Shown here: piece by piece, positions 25,086-37,899 of the stretch
Layout of the letters: the number at the start of each line of letters is the position of its first letter
Position numbering within the stretch: position 1 is the first letter of the stretch
Assembly: GCA_002269645.1 (NCBI GenBank)
Contig: NIVC01002426.1
Location: 124,001-188,000 of the forward strand
DNA from: Macrostomum lignano
Lineage: Eukaryota
Length of the DNA stretch: 64,000 nucleotides
Direction of reading: 5' to 3'
Notes under the pieces: model-generated
The model's database searches: none
The model's input: only the letters and a program-made list of their open reading frames with translations
What the model was told of the DNA's origin: nothing
Program-made: the position numbers and the translations under genes

Positions 25086-25580
25086 CAGGGTCTGGATTGT
25101 GTAGTAGTGTATGCCAGAACAAGAATCCTATCTCAGGTAAATGTAAACCCAGTGTACACCAAAAACAAAAAATTCCCTAAAATTTATGCCAAAATTCCTC
25201 TTAAAAAGGTCTTGGTTTTCACAAGTAGAGTTTTCTAAGAAAGGCTTTTATTCAAAAAGTCTTTTTAAATATTACAAATATTTTCATTTTAAACAAACTT
25301 AAATCAAACCTACAGAAATATTAATGCAAAATTTATACTCTTAAAAATCATTTACACTAATTTTATTTATTGTTAATTTTAAAGAAGCAAAAAGTTTATT
25401 ACTGACTTTTTAGACCATACAAATTTTCTTTTATTATATGTAAAAGGTTGATTTACATTACAATTTTCATGCACAGCATGAATTTATTCACCAAAATTGG
25501 TATGCAAAAAAGTTGGCATGAATTTGTGTGCCAAAATTTGTATGCCAAAAATTTGCATGAATTTGTATGCCAAAATTTGC
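25086..25580 (+). mobile_element. Dispersed repeat, copy 1 (inverted copy at 32548-33061)
   Basis: Aligns by eye to the reverse complement of 32548-33061, e.g. tagagttttctaagaaaggctttt and aaaaacaaaaaattccctaaaat. Confidence 0.8.
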
Positions 25581-25663
25581 CCTATTGGAATAAATGTTAA
25601 AAACCCGCGGATGCGCGCTTTAGAAAAGAGTCAAACTATTTTACCACACTTTAGGATTATTTA

Positions 25664-25969
25664 GAGATGTTCCGAAAGATCTGCAGTTTCGTCGAAATCA
25701 AAATTCGCTAACTTTCCAAAATCAAAATTGAAATTTTCCGAAATCATAATTCAGAAAAACAAAGTTTAGTATGATCAACACTCACTTTTTTACTTTCAAT
25801 TTACTGCTTAAGCAAAAAGTAATACATGTATATGTAGTAGAAAGTAGTTTATTTTTAGCGACTTTTTAGACACTACCAAAATTTTCACTTCTAAATTTTT
25901 TTCAAAATTGAAATTGCTCTAAAAAATTTTAAATTTTGGAAAATTGAAATTGAATTTTTGGAACATCTC
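25664..25969. mobile_element. ~306-bp MITE-like element with short TIRs and a TA target duplication
   Basis: TA|gagatgttccgaaa ... ttttggaacatctc|TA. Confidence 0.6.
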
Positions 25970-26506
25970 TAAGCTTAATAAATTACGAGTGTATAAGCCC
26001 CTTCAACAGAGGTATTATACCCATTTACATGTATATGTATTTGCTAGAGCAGCAGCCAGTAAGAAAGGGCAGCACGCGCGCAGGCGCTGCACCTGTGTGC
26101 GCACTGCGCTTTAGAAAAATTTCAAAAGTGTGCCGGACACCATCCGCAGTTTTACAACTTCTTCTTATAGGGAAAATTTGTATGCCAACTTTGAAAGGAG
26201 TCATTTGTATGCCAGAAAATTCCAGCATACATGTAACTTTTTAGAGTCTAGCATGCATGTAAGAAAAAAAGAATTTTCCAAATTGCTTCAGTAGAAGCTG
26301 AGTAAAATGCAATTTTTCAATTCTTATAAGAATTTGTATATGAGACAGTGAATTAATAATAGTATAATACTGTATGATAGTTCTAATAGTTTACTCATTT
26401 TCATGTTTCTTAGAAAACCCTATTTTAAATCTATACTAAAAACAAATCTTTTATCCTTTGTTTAAATGTTGAGTTAAACAATAAGAAATTTTAGTATAAA
26501 TAGGAG

Positions 26507-27956
26507 GGGTCTATGTGAATTTAGTAACCGTGAATTTAGTACCGCTTGAATTTAGTACCGCCTGAATTTATTACTGCTTGAATTTAGTACCACTTGAATT
26601 TAGTACCGCTCAAATTTAGTAACGCCTGAATTTAGTAACACCTGAATTTAGTAACGCAACAATGGTGCAGCTGAGAGATATCCCATATGTATTATTATAA
26701 TATAAAGTTTCATCATGCACCTATTATTTATATGGGAGATTTCAACATTACTGTATGCATAAATTTAAGAATTTTTAAGATTTTTTAGAATTGAAGACTG
26801 GGAGGCGAATCACAACTGTAGATATTTTATTCCAACAATGTTAATAATACAAGTCATAATATTACAATGAATAGTGATATATATATAGTGAAGTTGCAGA
26901 ACAATAGAACTTTCCTTCACTTCATATTCACTTCCTTTCCTTCATATTATACTAATACATAAGGAATATCTCTCAGCTGCACCATTTGTTGCATCACTAA
27001 ATTCAGGCGTTACTAAATTGAAGCGGTACCAAATGTAGTGACTCAGACAAGATCGGAGGGTTTGCGAGTGCACAAAGAATCTTAGAAATGGGCCGACTTG
27101 CCCTGCAAGTATATTTATATATGTGAAGAGTAAAAGTGCGCATGAGTCTTATGTAATACATTGTAACACGTGACTAATAATATTTGCGCACCAATATTGT
27201 ACATCACACTGAACTACACTACACTAAATTCAAGCGGTACAAATTCAAGCCGTACTAAATTCAGGCGGTACTAAATTCAAGCTGTACTAAATTCAAGCCG
27301 TACTAAATTCAGGCAGTACTAAATTCAAGCGGTACTAAATTCAAGCGGTACTAAATTCGAGCAGTACTAAATTCAAGCGATACTAAATTCAGGCGGTACT
27401 AAATTTGAGCGGTACTAAATTCAAGCGATACTAAATTCATGGTTACTAAATTCAAGCTGTACTTAATTCAAGCGGTACTAAATTCGAGCAGTACTAAATT
27501 CAAGCGATACTAAATTCAAGCGGTACTAAATTCGAGCAGTACTAAATTCAAGCGATACTAAATTCAAGCGGTACTAAATTCAAGCGGTACTAAATTCAAG
27601 CGATACTAAATTCAAGCGGTACTAAATTCAAGCGATACTAAATTCAAGCGGTACTAAATTCGAGCAGTACTAAATTCAAGTGATACTAAATTCAGGCGGT
27701 ACTAAATTTGAGCGGTACTAAATTCAAGCGATACTAAATTCAGGCGGTACTAAATTTGAGTGGTACTAAATTCAAGCGATACTAAATTCAAGCGATACTA
27801 AATTCAGGCGGTACTAAATTCAAGCGATACTAAATTCAGGCGGTACTAAATTCAAGCGATACTAAATTCAGGTGGTACTAAATTCGAGTGGTACTATATT
27901 CAAGCGGTACTAAATTCATGGTTACTAAATTTTGGTTACTAAATTCAAGGGCACCC
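26507..27956. mobile_element. Non-autonomous Mutator/Foldback-like element with minisatellite terminal arms
   Basis: The left arm (tgaatttagtaccgct)n is inverted relative to the right arm (gcggtactaaattcaa)n. Inner perfect 20-bp IR at 26662-26681/26966-26985. Termini gggt...accc. Flanking 9-bp repeats aaataggag/aaaaaggag. Confidence 0.75.
27034..27223. mobile_element. 190-bp solo LTR nested in the foldback arm
   Basis: TGTAGTG...CACTACA inverted termini, flanked by ccaaa/ctaaa (5-bp TSD, 1 mismatch), interrupting one 16-bp unit. Confidence 0.7.
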
Positions 27957-28834
27957 AAAAAGGAGCCCAGAAGAGGCCAAGAAAAATAAATTGTGTTAAC
28001 TTGTTTCCTTTGTGTTCCAGTTCTACGAGCTAAATAACTTGCTCTGAATATATTCATTCTTATATTAAATTGCTAGATTGCAGTATTCAAAAAGCCTTAC
28101 TCATTTTCTAGAGTATTAAGCCCTTCATTGGGAATACCAGAAACCACTAAAAGTGAGAATTGCCTCAGGGCAAGAAAGCACTATAGAGTAGTAAGATTTC
28201 CTCAGGGCAGGAAAAGTGCCTCAGGGCAGGAAAAATATGAGGCTGTGACCTTCTGATCCAGGGAATGCCCAAGACTGAGAGAAAACTTATAGGAGTAAAT
28301 AGAGTAGACAGTGCTATTAGACCACTCAGGCCAAAGAGTATAGTACATGTACAGATGCCACCAATAAGAAAAGTATAGACGCTACTAATCTAGAAGTAGA
28401 TAGAGAAGTAATGATGCTAACAATAGGTATAAGTACATTGGTACAAAAGTACATTAATAGAGAGAAGTTTAACCACGCCTGTTACAACTTTGGTGGCATT
28501 GTGAGATTATCTATAAAGACAGAAGGTAGTCCTTTGACATATGTTTAAATAATAAATTTACATTGAATACAGTATTTATTGTAAACAAACTCTACAAAAT
28601 ATATGTTGTCAATAGTAACTAGCAAAAAATGCAAATAAGTGCAAAAAGGACCTTTATTGTTGTAAGTGAAAAAAGGTCCTTTAATGTCACAAGTGTAAAA
28701 AAATATCTTTATTGTTGCAATGCCTCATGAGCCTATGTGTAAAGCATAATTACTGGCTGTGTGCCATGCACAACTTCTGTGGCAGAGGAAAAATTTTCTT
28801 GCGCAACTAGCATATCCACAAGACATGGACTAGA

Positions 28835-29536
28835 GGGTACCAACTAAACTGCGGAAACAGATGCAGATACAGAAGGGATTTGCAAACTAAAATTTGGATA
28901 TAGATGTGGATTTCTATTTTGCAAAATCAATGCAAATATAAATAGCAGATGCAGAAAATCTCCTGTCAAAACATAGATTTATATTCTGCTTTATAACTGA
29001 TTGTTTATTTTTAGATACATCTTTCTTATTCTTATTCTTAGATAAATTTATTGTGAAAATGACGGAAAATCATTTTCTCCATTTTCAAAAAACTAATCAT
29101 GAAACAGACCATGAAAACAAGAAACTAATCAATCTAGACTTGAACTATCTAGTTTAACTATTTAGAATCCAAACTTAAACTTTACACACTTGTCGTCTCT
29201 GGAGGTACACATTTACATTTCTTTTATATCTAGCGAAAAAAATAACTTCAGACCTATAATCAAATTTCTCATTTTCTACTATCAGTAGAGTATCTTGAAG
29301 CAGCTTTATTTTTGAAAACCGAGAAAATGATTTCCCATCATTTTTTGTAATAAATTTAAATGAGAGCAATTTATCTAAAAAATGGCCTAAACAGAAACAG
29401 AAAAAAGCAGAATATATAAATCCATGTTATAACAGAACTAAATCTAGAGATTTTTTGCATCTGCTAGTTAATATCCACATTGATTCCACAAAATAATAAT
29501 CCATATCCGTATCCATTTTTGCAGTTTAGTTTGTAC
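28835..29536. mobile_element. 702-bp hairpin MITE with long imperfect TIRs and a 9-bp TSD
   Basis: gtaccaactaaactgc/gcagtttagtttgtac, tagcagatgcagaaaatctc/gagattttttgcatctgcta, gaaaatcattttctc/gagaaaatgatttc. Perfect direct repeat tggactaga at 28826-28834 and 29537-29545. Confidence 0.75.
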
Positions 29537-30446
29537 TGGACTAGAAGGCCATAGTCAGGAAAGTTGCATAGTGTGCACCAGAATAAATTTTTTGGGACGA
29601 TCTGTGCAATCTATGTGCCGTCTATGTGCCATTAGTGTGCCATCTGTGCAATGTCTGTGCCTTTATTTTATATTATTCATGCAATTTACATAATTTATGT
29701 ATTTTTTTTAATGTAAATTACGAATTTTACAACAAATTTACAAAATTCTTAGAATTCATACAGACTCAATATACTATGCCAGTTTTATGCTAATAAAGAT
29801 TCTATTCTAATTCCTTATGCACCAAAGTTGTGCATAGCACCGCATATGTTAAGGACCTTATGCACAATTAGAAATGCACAATTTATGCACGTTATGGACC
29901 TTGCAATTATGCGCCACATGCACTAGCCACTAGGGACCTCAGTGTGCGCCATGATTATGCACTACATATGCCAGGGACCTCAGTGTGCGCCATGATTATG
30001 TACCAAGTGTGCCAAGGAACCCCTGTGTGTGCCAGAATTTTCCATGGCAAAGGCCACCTTTCTGACTATGGATGAGAGCAGGGGCCTATTATGGGCCTAA
30101 GGCTTGCCAGTTTAGCTAAAACTTAAAAGCATAGTAACAAACAAACTGTCTTATAGTTCATAGAGCTTAGGCAGATGAATGGATGGTAGATAAAACAACC
30201 TACACCATGACAAATCTAGGCCTTAGGCCTATCTACTTTGAATTTTATCAAAACTAACAACAGGTCATATGATTATGATTGTGAATATTAATAATAATAG
30301 AAAAAGAAAAACCTTGTGATTTGGTAGATTTACAAAATCAAAGCTAGGATAGCTTACCCTAGGATACCCTAGGATAGTTAGGGCCCTAAATTATGCCCTA
30401 GCCATAGCGTAAAAAGTCAGAACAAAAACAAAGCAAACTAACATAC

Positions 30447-30591
30447 CTTGATATTGAACAGTAAGATTTCGATTGCTTAGACTTAGATTTTTGTTCTTTG
30501 AGCTCTGATGCCATCTTTTAGGAAGCGAAGTAGACTTTTCTTCTACTAGTGGATACAAAGAAGCTAAATAATTCTGATTGTTTGGGTCCAT
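30447..30591 (-). CDS. RANBP9: RanBP9/10 exon 1
   Basis: MDPNNQNYLASLYPLVEEKSTSLPKRW...NLSLSNRNLTVQYQG matches RanBPM LYP.V....TPLPR.W. Donor G|GTATGT, phase 1, joins exon 2 in frame. Total 466 aa. Confidence 0.9.
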
Positions 30592-32547
30592 TGTTGATAT
30601 TCAACAAGTGTGGAACTGTCTGGACTACTGAACTGAAGCAGTGAGTTACTCGCTTATTTTACTAGCTGAAAAGATATTATAACAGAAATATAAAACCAAA
30701 TAATGCCAATCGGTGTGTTTTTTATTAACACAGCAATAATTCGCTAGTAAGCCAATTTAAAGCTATGACTCGTGGGTCGTTGGACCGTTGGTGATGAGTG
30801 TTTTAAGATCAACAACTGCAAAATGCTAAAATATGGTCAAAATTGAATGTTCATCTAAACAGCTGATTTCATTTTTATTGTTTAAACAAAACGTTTAAAG
30901 CCTTAGGGTATTTAAAATACTTTTGTTTTAAACTTAGCTAAAAACCTAAAAAAAATTATTTCATTATTAAGAAAATACGAACGCAGATAGGCCTATGACT
31001 TTAGAAATGTCGTACTTTAAAAAACGAATCTCGCAAGCCGTTAGGCCAGGCGTCTCCCCTGTGTGGCCGTGGACGATTTTTATTGCCCCATGCGCTAGTC
31101 TGTATACTAGGTGGAGTAGAGCATAATGAATGAAGCAAAACTCACTGTACTGTGTACAAAAATAAAAGAATACTTTATAGTCAGTCAGACCGCGCTGAGA
31201 AGGACTAAATCATGAGCAATTGATGTTGAATCTGATCGTTGTATTTTGCTTTTACTATGAAATAAAGCATAAACCGTCATAAAAAGTACTTTACATGTAT
31301 TTCTATAGTTGGACTAGACTAGACTGTCCAGATCACACTAATAAAAAATATTAATAATATATAACCCCTTGGTCCTGACGATCCTAACTAAAGATTTTAG
31401 AAAGTATAAAAATTAGACTGCAGTGCATATACTGCTTTTTGGTGACAAAATAGATAGTTTTAAATATGGAATATCGAGAAAAATTTCAAGAAAAAATCCT
31501 TCAAAAAATGGAATCGAACCATGCAGGACCTACGAAAAGTATCTATAGCTAGTTACACCTTCTACTACGCCAAGAAGTCAAATGCGCTATTATAACCCAA
31601 AAAAATTTGAGAAACGGGGACATTTTTGAGGAAATTAGGGCAAATTGGGACTGCCAGAGCTCAAATACATAAATGGAAGTACAATAATATAATTTCTAGA
31701 ACCTAAAAATAGGAATCTTCTCAGCTATTTCTACCTTTGTTATTCTTGCTCCACAAAATGATACTAACGTTTATGCATTTAAAGATGCAATAAAATGTTG
31801 CCATACAACAGAATAACTTCAAATTAAAAGGCATAGATCGAACACAGGTCGCTTATGTGTATAACCTCCATAAAAAACTTTTCCGACTTTAGGTCTCGTT
31901 TACGCAATCCAGTTACAACAAAGCAAAATGTAATTTTGTAAGCTTTTGATTTCTAAGTCTGTAAAAGTACAAGTAGCTAAAGAAAAAAGAAAGTTTTTAG
32001 TTAGAAAAAGATTTTTTATTTTCTTGGTAAGATAAAAATTTGAATAGAAAACTCATGGAGATTTTTCGCTTGCTGCAGTTATAGTTCGTTCGTTCATGTA
32101 CATTCATTATTCGTATGCTTATATTTACTAAAAAGATTAAATTAAATTACAAGTTTCTATTACAAAAGATTCAAAGCATTCATTTGCACTAATACTAGAA
32201 TAAAAATTTTCTTTGAATTCACTATTCACCCTTGCTTTGTGATTGTGATTGTTACTTAACTAATAACAATAAACCTTCTAAGAAGTCGGCAATCTTTTCG
32301 AATCGTTCGTTTAATTATTTCCGGAATTATTTCACCCTCTATTCAAGGGTGGTGGGGGGTGGGGGTTGGAATTAAACGAACGATTCGAGAAGATAGCCTC
32401 TCTAGTAAGCCTAAGCCTAGTTCTAATCTAACTTCTAAGTAAAGTAAGCAAGTAAGTAAAGACAAGGTGAACAAAAAAACCTGTATCACTATATTACAAG
32501 TCCGTCAAATGACTTTAAATGACTTATAAATGACTTTTTTTTTAAAT

Positions 32548-33061
32548 TGGCATATAACTTTGGCATACAAATTCATGCCAATTTTTAGCATACAAATTCA
32601 TGCCATTTTTTGCATAGAAATTGTGGTGAATAAATTCATGCTATGCATGAAAATTGCATTGAAAATTAATGTTTTTACATAAAAAAGGAAAATTTGTATA
32701 GTCTAAATTCTAAAAAGTCACTAATAAACTTTTTGCTATTTAAATTTTTAATTAACAAAATAGATAATAAGCAAAATTTTAAAGATAGGCCTAATCAACT
32801 TATCATTCATCTGTATCATTCTTTCTATAGGTCTAATTTAAGTTCTTTTAAAATGAAAATATTTATATTTTAAAGACTTTTTGTACAAAAGCCTTTCTTA
32901 GAAAACTCTACACTTGTGAGAACTGAATGACCTTTTAAGGAGGAATTTTTGTATATATTTTAGGGAATTTTTTTGTTTTTGGCATACACTGATGTACATT
33001 TAGTTGAGATAAAATTCTTGTTCCGACATAGGGCCTACACTACTACACGATCTAGACCCTA
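32548..33061 (-). mobile_element. Dispersed repeat, copy 2 (inverted relative to 25086-25580)
   Basis: See copy 1. Confidence 0.8.
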
Positions 33062-33781
33062 GATTTATTGCAAGATTAAGATCTTATGCAATTTCTACAA
33101 CTACAAAGAAGATTAAAAGTTATAGGCCTAGGCTTAAAGCTAAAAATATTTTGAGTAATTGTTTTATATTGACCCTATCATATATTGATAGTACTAGAAA
33201 TAATACTGTCCACTTCGTACGAGTACAAGCTTCATGCACTTGTGTGTTATGGCCATTATTTAACTCTATAACATACTATATAATTTATTATATTTACTGT
33301 CATTATTTATATGGTAACTAAAATATAGAGTATAATATAAACTAATTTTATATATTATATAGTACTTATAGCTATGGTCCAATTATATTTGAATACAAAT
33401 CTTTTTAAAGGTGAATGAGTCATATGATTGTTTTTTTCTTTTGAAGCACCCTTTATACTTTGCATTAATAATGGTATAGATATTACAAGCTAATAAAAAT
33501 ACTATGCTATAAACATATAAAATCACACCTAAACTATCTACCAACTTTAGTTAGTTAAAACTGATTATGAAAATAAAAATATTGAGTAGTCCCTAAAAGG
33601 ATAACTTGGTAATAAAAATGTATCAATAGGTTGCAATACTAGTGATACATATGATGTAACTATACTAAAATTGAATAGACTTAAAAATGAAAAAAATTAG
33701 ATACCAATGCATTCAATCTGTCTAACATCAATATCTAGATTATCTGTTTTCATGAATATGATACAGCTTAATTCTTAACTC

Positions 33782-33996
33782 AACCAACAGTGGCATATAG
33801 CCACAGGCCTCTAAGTAGCCTTAACTAGATATAATACAGCTCAACTAGCAGTGGTATGTAGCCACAGGCCCCTAAGTAGCCTTAACTGAATATAATACAG
33901 CTAAACTAACAGTGGCATGTAGCCACAGGCCCCTAAGTAGCCTTACAATATAGCTGAACTAGCAGTGGCATGCAGCCACAGGCCTCTAAGTAGCCT
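33782..33996. repeat. ~60-bp tandem repeat, about 4 copies
   Basis: Recurring cagtggcat.tagccacaggcc.ctaagtagcctt. Confidence 0.85.
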
Positions 33997-36900
33997 TTTT
34001 ACTTGTTCAAATCAAACTATATTCTATAGCCTAGAGCAACAGTATCATTTCTCATGCAGCAATGAGCTGACAACAACAGAAAACAAGTGCTGAAGTATAA
34101 TAATATCTATTTCAGCCAAACACAACCTTCAGATTTAAGTTGTTCTAGCACCTCCTGCTTCAACTTATTTGATCTAGGAGACAAAAATATAACTGGGTGC
34201 AACATTAGCCACTTGCAACTGATCCATTCCAATACAGTTGTGGGTATGGCAGCAAGAGTATATAGTAAATGCCATGCCAAGTAGGTGCATAGCTCTAGTG
34301 TGCTAGATAGTTGAAGTTTGCCTTGCATGCACTACCATTCCATCAATATATACAAACTCTCCACAATGGCCTCAGGGCAGCCCTTGGCAAGGGCCCAATC
34401 TAAGAGTGCGCAGTGGCTTGCTAAATCGTATGTACAGTTAATTGTTGTTGTACATGGCTCTTATAAATGCCTGTTCCTATACTTTCAGTTTAACAGGTCC
34501 TTGTCCAAAGTTAATTGCAAATTCTTCTGATACTTTCATTAATGCCAGCATCAGCACTCAGTCATTTTGGACAGTGTCACCAAAAAGCACTTGCAATTGT
34601 GGGCCCAGGTGCTATCTTTACCCTAATCTATTTGAACATGTTGCACTAGAGGGTATGCAGACATACATGCCCAACACCCTCCAACCCATCTGAACCAGAC
34701 AGGTAAAATGGCCACTGGCCAAGGTAAGTTGCAAAACCAAAAATGCAAAAAAACAAAAAAATTAGGGGAAGAAAGAAAAAAAAGGAAGAGAAAAGAAAAA
34801 TAAAGGAAGGAAGAAAAGAGAGAAGGGAAAGAAGAGAGAGAAAGAAAAGAAAAGAGTAAAAGGCAATGCAAGAAGTCATATACAAAGTGAAAATTAAGTC
34901 TCAAACTAGGGGAACTAAGTTGCAAATCTGGACAAAACTAAGTTGCACTGGATGGGTGAAATTTTGAGGTTGGGCATATATGTGTACAGATCAACTGGTT
35001 GCAAGTTGGCTGAATCAAGCAGCTTCAACCATAGACCACAAAGTGTGCTTTGTGCTGCAAAAACACTGTGGTGCTAGAAGAACCACAATAAGATATAACC
35101 ACAATATAACCAGCAAGGCCAAATGCTGATGACAGAAGATTAATAAAACTCGGGATAGAATGGAATGTTCATACACTGAGATGGTCACCTAAGGCTATCA
35201 CCAACTCAATGCCTGCTGACAAGGCCAATTTAAGTGTGGATCTGATGTTGCGACTAGCATGCCTAATCTCCAATTCAGAATCCAACTCTGAGTCACTGCT
35301 CAAGTCCTCACTGTCACTAACATGCTAGCACCTATGGTCCAAAATACACCGAGAAACAGTGGTGGTTGTGGCCAAATCAACATTGTTATAGACACCCTGC
35401 TGTAGGTCAGTTAGGTTGGTAAACAGCAATGGCAGGTGCTTCTGGATATTGTGATTTGCTGTAGTAGTTGATGCAAATGAATCAAGCTCTCTATCCATGT
35501 TCACGAGCTTGTATAATTGAGATAAGGCCATTTTTGCTCTAGCTCCATAGACAGCCTTAAGATATCCTTGACCATGCTCTAGACAGGCAGCTATAGATCC
35601 TGGCAGCATAGCAGAATGATTTCATCACTTCACTGAAGATCAGCAACTCAGTAACAAAAACCATGGATTGTAGGTAGGCTACAACTCTGCAGTCTTTGCG
35701 AGACTGAGGTGTCTTATTTAGTGTTATCAGCCAAATTCGGAGCTCCGTTACAGTAGCCTGCACCATGGTGAAGCTTTATAAGACAAAACATGTTTTGCTG
35801 AAAGCTTTTGTCTTTCTAGTGCACCTGTCATGAATTTGTTTTGCAACTTTAAATGTTTGAATTGCCAAAAGCCCTTGCCTTTAGTGCATTGTCTGTAGGT
35901 TTCAAGGCAATCAGGAGACAGAATCAGTCCACCACCTTCTATTTGATCTACTTGCACACATTTTTGGTTTTTGAGCAGCCATGTGTAGCACAAAGTGCAG
36001 CACAAAATTGCAGGTGCATTGATACTGCTGGCAGTACCTTCTTTGCGTTGGCCTTCAATTACTGTCAGGAAGCTGCACTGCAATCGCTATGGTATTGTTA
36101 TAGTTACCTTATGGTAATTATCTTAGATGACAAGCTGTTCAGTCATTTGTAGGTTAAAGGTTAAAGCATGCCATTAAAATTTGCAATAAACTAGATTAAA
36201 TTGATTTTTATATTTTTCTTTAAAACCAATTTGTCTAGTGTCTTAATAGACTTCATTTTTGCCTCTAAATTGGTGCTTTCTGTCATATTGCTATACTGTA
36301 TACTGCCTCTATATTCAGACTATATATGGTCTTCTTCTTAAGCTAGTTGAACACAGATAGCATTAAGCTTTTCTGTTTTCTAATTGACATTAATGCTGAT
36401 TTTAGCAGTAAGATTTGTAATAATCTTTGAATAGGTAGCTTCAAAAAAGTCAGTCTTATTAATTGAATAGATAGTAAAAGGCACATAGGTAAATCTTTTG
36501 TCACTTGGAGAGTAAAGAAGTGAATTAGAGCCTAACTTACTTTATTAAATGCTAGTATATCACTTAGGCACTGAAAAGGAAATAAGGAAAAAGCAAGTCA
36601 TTGTATAGTCTAACAATTTTTTTAAAGATGCAAAAAGGTAAGCTTGAGTAAACTATTTATTTGAATTGAGTAATAAAGGATTTAATAAACAATTTATTTG
36701 ACAAATCAAATCATATAAATCATATAATTATATATAATATATATATTATGTCATATGCATATCATAGGAAAGATTAAATCCTAGCACTGCTAACAGCCTA
36801 GAATGTGGCCTTTATTATATTTAAAGCCTACTCATAGTCATAGACAATATCTTATATAAAATATATGCAGTATTATTGCATATTATATGAAATTATATGC

Positions 36901-37899
36901 ACTATATGCAAAATATAACTATAATAGCCATAATCCCATATACTTGGTAAATATTTGGAATTTCACCATATGGCCAGATGGCCTAAACATATTATTCCCA
37001 TTTTAAATGTTTAAAATGCTTGTTTAATTTTTACCTAGTAGCTTATTAACAGAAAATTTTGACCAATAATTAAAATTCCAACAATCTGTATTTCCAATTT
37101 TGAAGGGCAAAGCTTAAATGCAATGACAAGATTTTTTCTTTATTTATCATTTTATGTCCCATTCTAATAGTTTTATTAATAGACTTTTCTCCCACTTGCA
37201 TGCCAACATGCCATTTTTAGTCTTCTAAGTGGCATGCTAGCAGCTTTCCCAATAGGCATTCAGCCTCTATGATTGTAGCACACTGGCTGCTTGTCATTGT
37301 AATACTTGTTAATGCATTAATTTAATATATTCATTTTATAGAAATTTTTTAAATGTTTTAAACACAATATAATTATATAAAATTGAATTTATTTATCAGA
37401 ACTGAAATTTTCCTATAACTGTCACTAATTTAAAATAAAAAAATTTGAAGCTACAGTTAATTAATATACTTAACAAATACAGAAAAATATAATTAAAAAA
37501 GATATTAGAAAAAACAAAGACTAAGTAGATCTTTTTATGTGAAATGGAAATTTTATTTCTATATGATTTTTATTTTATAGTGTAATAATACAGCACTGTT
37601 AGGAAAAAAATTTCAAGATTTCATCTAAAATAAAAAATCCTCAGAAGAAATTTCATCCAAGCCTTGAAGTTTATTTCAATTTCCTCATAGAGGGTTCCTT
37701 CAGTCTGGCAACATATCCACAAACTTGTGTGGCAATGTCGCTTTAGGAGAAAACAGGAAACAACGTCGACAACTAAAAGAAAACAGAAAAAAACTTGCGT
37801 TAAGTAATTGATAAGCAGCATTAAATAGTTGAATCCAAAGCGAGAAAAGATTGAAATTGCATGCAGAGCAGAGTAAACCCTGAGTGACTGTGTGCCTCC

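Noticed and set aside
25086-33061. One giant transposon bounded by the two inverted 500-bp copies
   Set aside because: It would contain the conserved first exon and promoter of RANBP9, and no TSD is evident; independent insertions are more parsimonious.
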